Shown: positions 60,847 to 64,000 of the stretch, one piece after another
Layout of the letters: every line of letters begins with the position of its first letter
Position numbering within the stretch: the stretch's first letter is position 1
NCBI GenBank assembly: GCA_963752195.1
Contig: CAVVXI010000003.1
Location: 282,338 to 346,337 of the forward strand
Source of the DNA: an uncultured Bacteroidales bacterium
Lineage (GTDB): Bacteria > Bacteroidota > Bacteroidia > Bacteroidales > UBA10428
Reading direction: 5' to 3'
DNA: 64,000 bases
Notes under the pieces: model-generated
The model's input: the letters and a program-made list of their open reading frames with translations, nothing else
Databases searched by the model: none
What the model was told of the DNA's origin: nothing
Made by a program: the position numbers and the translations under genes

Positions 60847-61416
60847 ATGGGCTGGTTTAATTTTTTTTCTAAAAAGAACGGGGCCGAGGTGCATAGCGAT
60901 GGGAATGACAGCATTACCCACAATATGGATCCGGATGTTCCGAAGGAACTTTTTCCTGACGGAAATTTTAAGTTGCAGCAGGGTTCTCTCGCCGCCAATG
61001 GTCTTGGCAATGGAATGGAACAGATATATACTTTCCTGCAGGCGGATTACGAATCCAAGGGTTACAGCGATGCGCTGGTCAATCCCGATAACAGTTATAA
61101 AACGGATAATATCCGGTTGATGCAGCTTGATCTGAAGATATTGATTGATAAGACAAATACCTATTATGAAAACATCCTGTCCGAGCTGAATCTCCATATC
61201 GTCATCAGAACCAGGGCCGGATTGGTTGACCTGGTCCAGGAACTGGAAACCCGCAAGCTGCTGGTTGAAGACCACCAGAAAAAGCTCATCGAACTGAAAG
61301 AAAGCATGAATGATGACAATGGCATGTGCCAGCGGATCATTCTTTCCTATCAGCGGGGATTTATGAAAGGGTTGTCCGCACTTACACAATCGGGTATTCT
61401 GAACCGCAAAATCTGA
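60847..61416 (+). CDS. Hypothetical helical/coiled-coil protein
   Basis: 189-aa ORF; stop overlaps the next ATG (TGATG). Confidence 0.75.
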   Translation: MGWFNFFSKKNGAEVHSDGNDSITHNMDPDVPKELFPDGNFKLQQGSLAANGLGNGMEQIYTFLQADYESKGYSDALVNPDNSYKTDNIRLMQLDLKILIDKTNTYYENILSELNLHIVIRTRAGLVDLVQELETRKLLVEDHQKKLIELKESMNDDNGMCQRIILSYQRGFMKGLSALTQSGILNRKI

Positions 61417-62420
61417 TGAATATGAGAGATGTATGGCTCAAAATCGGCTGTTTCCTTACAGGTTATAACTACGTAATAATCAAAAACTCCAGCGAGGCAA
61501 GCGCCAAATCGGTGAAGAAATATTTGTCCGCTTTGCTGATTGTGTGCATAATATGGGGATTTATCGGGTACGTCTTTTCCCAGCGGTATATTCATGCCGG
61601 TCCCTGGGGTGCCGCACTGGTTTCTTTTGTGATGGTCGTCATTGTAATACAGATTGAAAGGCAGATCATTCTCACGACGGGCAAAAGCAACTGGGCGCTT
61701 TTTTTCCGGTCGCTGATCGCAGTGGTGATGGCGATTGTGGGCTCGGTGATCATTGATCAGATCATCTTTAAGGAAGATGTTGAAAAGTTAAAGATAAGCC
61801 GTATCCAGGAAGAGGTAAACAGCATCCTGCTGTCGAAAACGGCCATGCTTGACACAGAGATCAGGGCGCTGGATTCGCTGATCAATAAAAAAGAGGGTGA
61901 GAGGGCCGAGTTGATTGATGAAGTAACCCGCAGGCCTTTTGTTAAAGGGAGTACATCGGAAAGAAAAAGCCATATCATTAAGGTCACCGACAAAAGGGGC
62001 AATGCCCATGATTCCATAGTAACACGTACGGACCTTACGCTGACGGATGTGGCAAATCCCAAGGTTGCGTTTATATCCACCACCGATCAGCAGATTGCCG
62101 ACCTCCGGCTGCAAAAGGCGGATAAGCAAACGGCAAGAATTTCGATCCGCCAGGATCTTGAAAATGAACTTAAAGCAAGGACTGGCTTTCTGGATGAGTT
62201 GAAATTGCTGATCGCCATACTTACCTCCAATACAATTGCCCTCATTGTATGGATTCTTATCTTCATATTTTTCCTCGCCCTCGAATTGTTTGTTCTTGTC
62301 ATAAAATTCGGCGATGCGAAGAATGATTATGAAAAGACGATCATGCACCAGATGGATATGCGGATAAAAATGATCGAAGAGTTAGCCAGCCAGTATGATA
62401 AATCGATGATCAAAAACTAA
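61416..62420 (+). CDS. DUF4407-like membrane protein (TM helices plus long coiled coil)
   Basis: WLKIGCFLTGYN, IQIERQII, IIDQIIF..D, GFLDELK, ELFVL. Confidence 0.75.
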   Translation: MNMRDVWLKIGCFLTGYNYVIIKNSSEASAKSVKKYLSALLIVCIIWGFIGYVFSQRYIHAGPWGAALVSFVMVVIVIQIERQIILTTGKSNWALFFRSLIAVVMAIVGSVIIDQIIFKEDVEKLKISRIQEEVNSILLSKTAMLDTEIRALDSLINKKEGERAELIDEVTRRPFVKGSTSERKSHIIKVTDKRGNAHDSIVTRTDLTLTDVANPKVAFISTTDQQIADLRLQKADKQTARISIRQDLENELKARTGFLDELKLLIAILTSNTIALIVWILIFIFFLALELFVLVIKFGDAKNDYEKTIMHQMDMRIKMIEELASQYDKSMIKN

Positions 62421-62432
62421 CCCTTTGGCCAA

Positions 62433-63152
62433 TTGAAAACATGGACTACCAAAAGCGGTTACAGGATCATTCAGATCTTATCCGGTAGAAGCAACGTGTT
62501 TCTCCTGACGGATGGAAATATCAACTTTCTCATTGATACTTCAGTGGGCCGATTATGGAATAAATTGCAGAAGCGACTGGAAAAAGCCGGAATTACCCAT
62601 ATTGATTACCTGATTTTAACCCATGCCCATTTTGATCATGCTGCGAATGCAAACAGAATAAAAACAAAGTACGGGGCATCGGTCATTGTTCATAATAATG
62701 AAGCGGATTTTCTGGCAACTGGAAATACAATCGTTCCTCAGGGAACTACTTTTTTCACGCGCCATCTTATCAATCTGGCGGGCAAGCAATACTTCCGGAT
62801 GATGAGGTATGAACCCTGCCAGTCCGATATTCTGGCAGGGCATTTACCCGATTTAAAGGGAATGGGAATAGATGCCTGTATTATGCATACCCCGGGTCAT
62901 ACATCAGGTTCCGTAAGTGTTATCGTGGAAGATGAAATTGCCCTGGTGGGCGATGCGATGTTTGGCGTATTCAAAGGATCTGTTTTTCCTCCATACGCCG
63001 AAAATACGGAGCTGATGATCAGGAGCTGGGGAAAATTGCTGCAAACCGGGTGCAGGTTATTTATTCCTTCGCACGGTACAGCCAACAACCGGGCGCTTGT
63101 TGAAAAGGATTTTTGCAAAAGGGTACCTGACCTGATTCGTGATTTGGTTTAG
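62433..63152 (+). CDS. MBL-fold metallo-hydrolase
   Basis: THAHFDH, HTPGHTSGS, GDAM, PSHG. Confidence 0.92.
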   Translation: MKTWTTKSGYRIIQILSGRSNVFLLTDGNINFLIDTSVGRLWNKLQKRLEKAGITHIDYLILTHAHFDHAANANRIKTKYGASVIVHNNEADFLATGNTIVPQGTTFFTRHLINLAGKQYFRMMRYEPCQSDILAGHLPDLKGMGIDACIMHTPGHTSGSVSVIVEDEIALVGDAMFGVFKGSVFPPYAENTELMIRSWGKLLQTGCRLFIPSHGTANNRALVEKDFCKRVPDLIRDLV

Positions 63153-63228
63153 CGATGACCTCAGTTTACATCAAAAGTCAGTCTATTCGCAAAATTGAGC
63201 TTCTGCCAGGAGGGTTCATTTTTTGAAA

Positions 63229-64000
63229 TCAATCCGGCATTTGAATCACATTTCCCATTGTGACCACCTCAAAATTGCGGCCTGCAATTGATTTCAGCTC
63301 TCCCAGTTCCTCATCGTTCCAGCGTGGGTCCGGTGCCCCGGAAATATACCAGTTGGAACCGTTATCGGCTACAAACATGCCGTATTTTTTAAGCGCCCTT
63401 AAAATAACCTGTACGTGCGGTGAAAACCCCGATATGTCAAAGCCGGCTTTCAACCGGACCCGCATGCCCATTGGCGGATAATTGACATTACTGCTGTTGC
63501 TGGCGGCATGGGTCGCAGGATGTATAAATGCATTTCTGGAATTGGATACCGTAAAGCGAAGGGCGTGGCTGATCTCTCCTTTTTCTATCACTTCTTCGTA
63601 TCTGACCAGTCCGGGGAAAATAGGTAAACCCGCTGCATCAGCCGAGGTCCGGTAATCCGGCCGCAATTCATTTGAAGTCAAATCAAAAATGGCACCGGAT
63701 CCGGCCGTCCAACCATTCTTATTATGGACAGCATTGTACAATTCGTACAAAACCAGGTTCGCTGTGTCAATTATCAGAATATGCCGGTCGGAACCGCTCT
63801 CAATAAGCGCATCCGGCGGTATTGGATACGGGCCGGCATCACTCTCCGAATTATATTGAAAAGTGACCGGGACAAGCGATTGATTGTTTCCTACAACATT
63901 GAAGGGAATGCCGATCAATGCATTTTCCCAGACGGTGCCGAAGTCGGGATGAAGGTGGATATCATTCCCGATGGAGGCGATCAGGTTATCCGAATTGGGA
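63229..64000 (-). CDS. Hypothetical protein (5' end beyond the window)
   Basis: Frame is open to the window edge (PNSDNLIASIG...HPDFG); conserved-looking motifs ESDAGPYPIP, SDRH, SADAAGLP, HALRFT, YGMFVADNGS. Confidence 0.8.
   Translation of the reverse strand, partial: PNSDNLIASIGNDIHLHPDFGTVWENALIGIPFNVVGNNQSLVPVTFQYNSESDAGPYPIPPDALIESGSDRHILIIDTANLVLYELYNAVHNKNGWTAGSGAIFDLTSNELRPDYRTSADAAGLPIFPGLVRYEEVIEKGEISHALRFTVSNSRNAFIHPATHAASNSSNVNYPPMGMRVRLKAGFDISGFSPHVQVILRALKKYGMFVADNGSNWYISGAPDPRWNDEELGELKSIAGRNFEVVTMGNVIQMPD

Noticed and set aside
60781-62348. Antisense ORFs of 202 and 186 aa
   Set aside because: Opposite strand of a coupled gene pair; no motifs.

Overview
64 kb of core chromosome from a Bacteroidota bacterium, most likely Bacteroidales (TAnnTTTG promoters, porZ-recO, ftsX-DUF3098-truB-queA, Bacteroides-type SPT and CarB). 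It holds about 45 CDSs and one tRNA-Asn. I found no integrase, transposase, prophage or CRISPR. Housekeeping genes: polA, rsgA, carA, carB, queA, truB, ilvE, rdgB, recO, corA, argR-argG-argH, proB, proA, citrate synthase, gltBD. Most notable observations: (1) an ARG-box-preceded argR-argG-argH operon runs on into an intact but catalytically degenerate ProB paralog plus proB-proA, with no acetylornithine-route genes; (2) modular intergenic mosaics of 7-8 bp tandem repeats and REP-like hairpins sit against gene ends, including a 102-bp element present twice in inverted orientation, one copy with a 35-bp palindromic insert flanked by an AAAT duplication; (3) a candidate uORF/terminator attenuator upstream of gltBD; (4) SPT adjacent to a candidate 3-ketosphinganine reductase; (5) a radical SAM enzyme with a twin-arginine signal. 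All product calls come from motif recognition by eye; no database searches were run.
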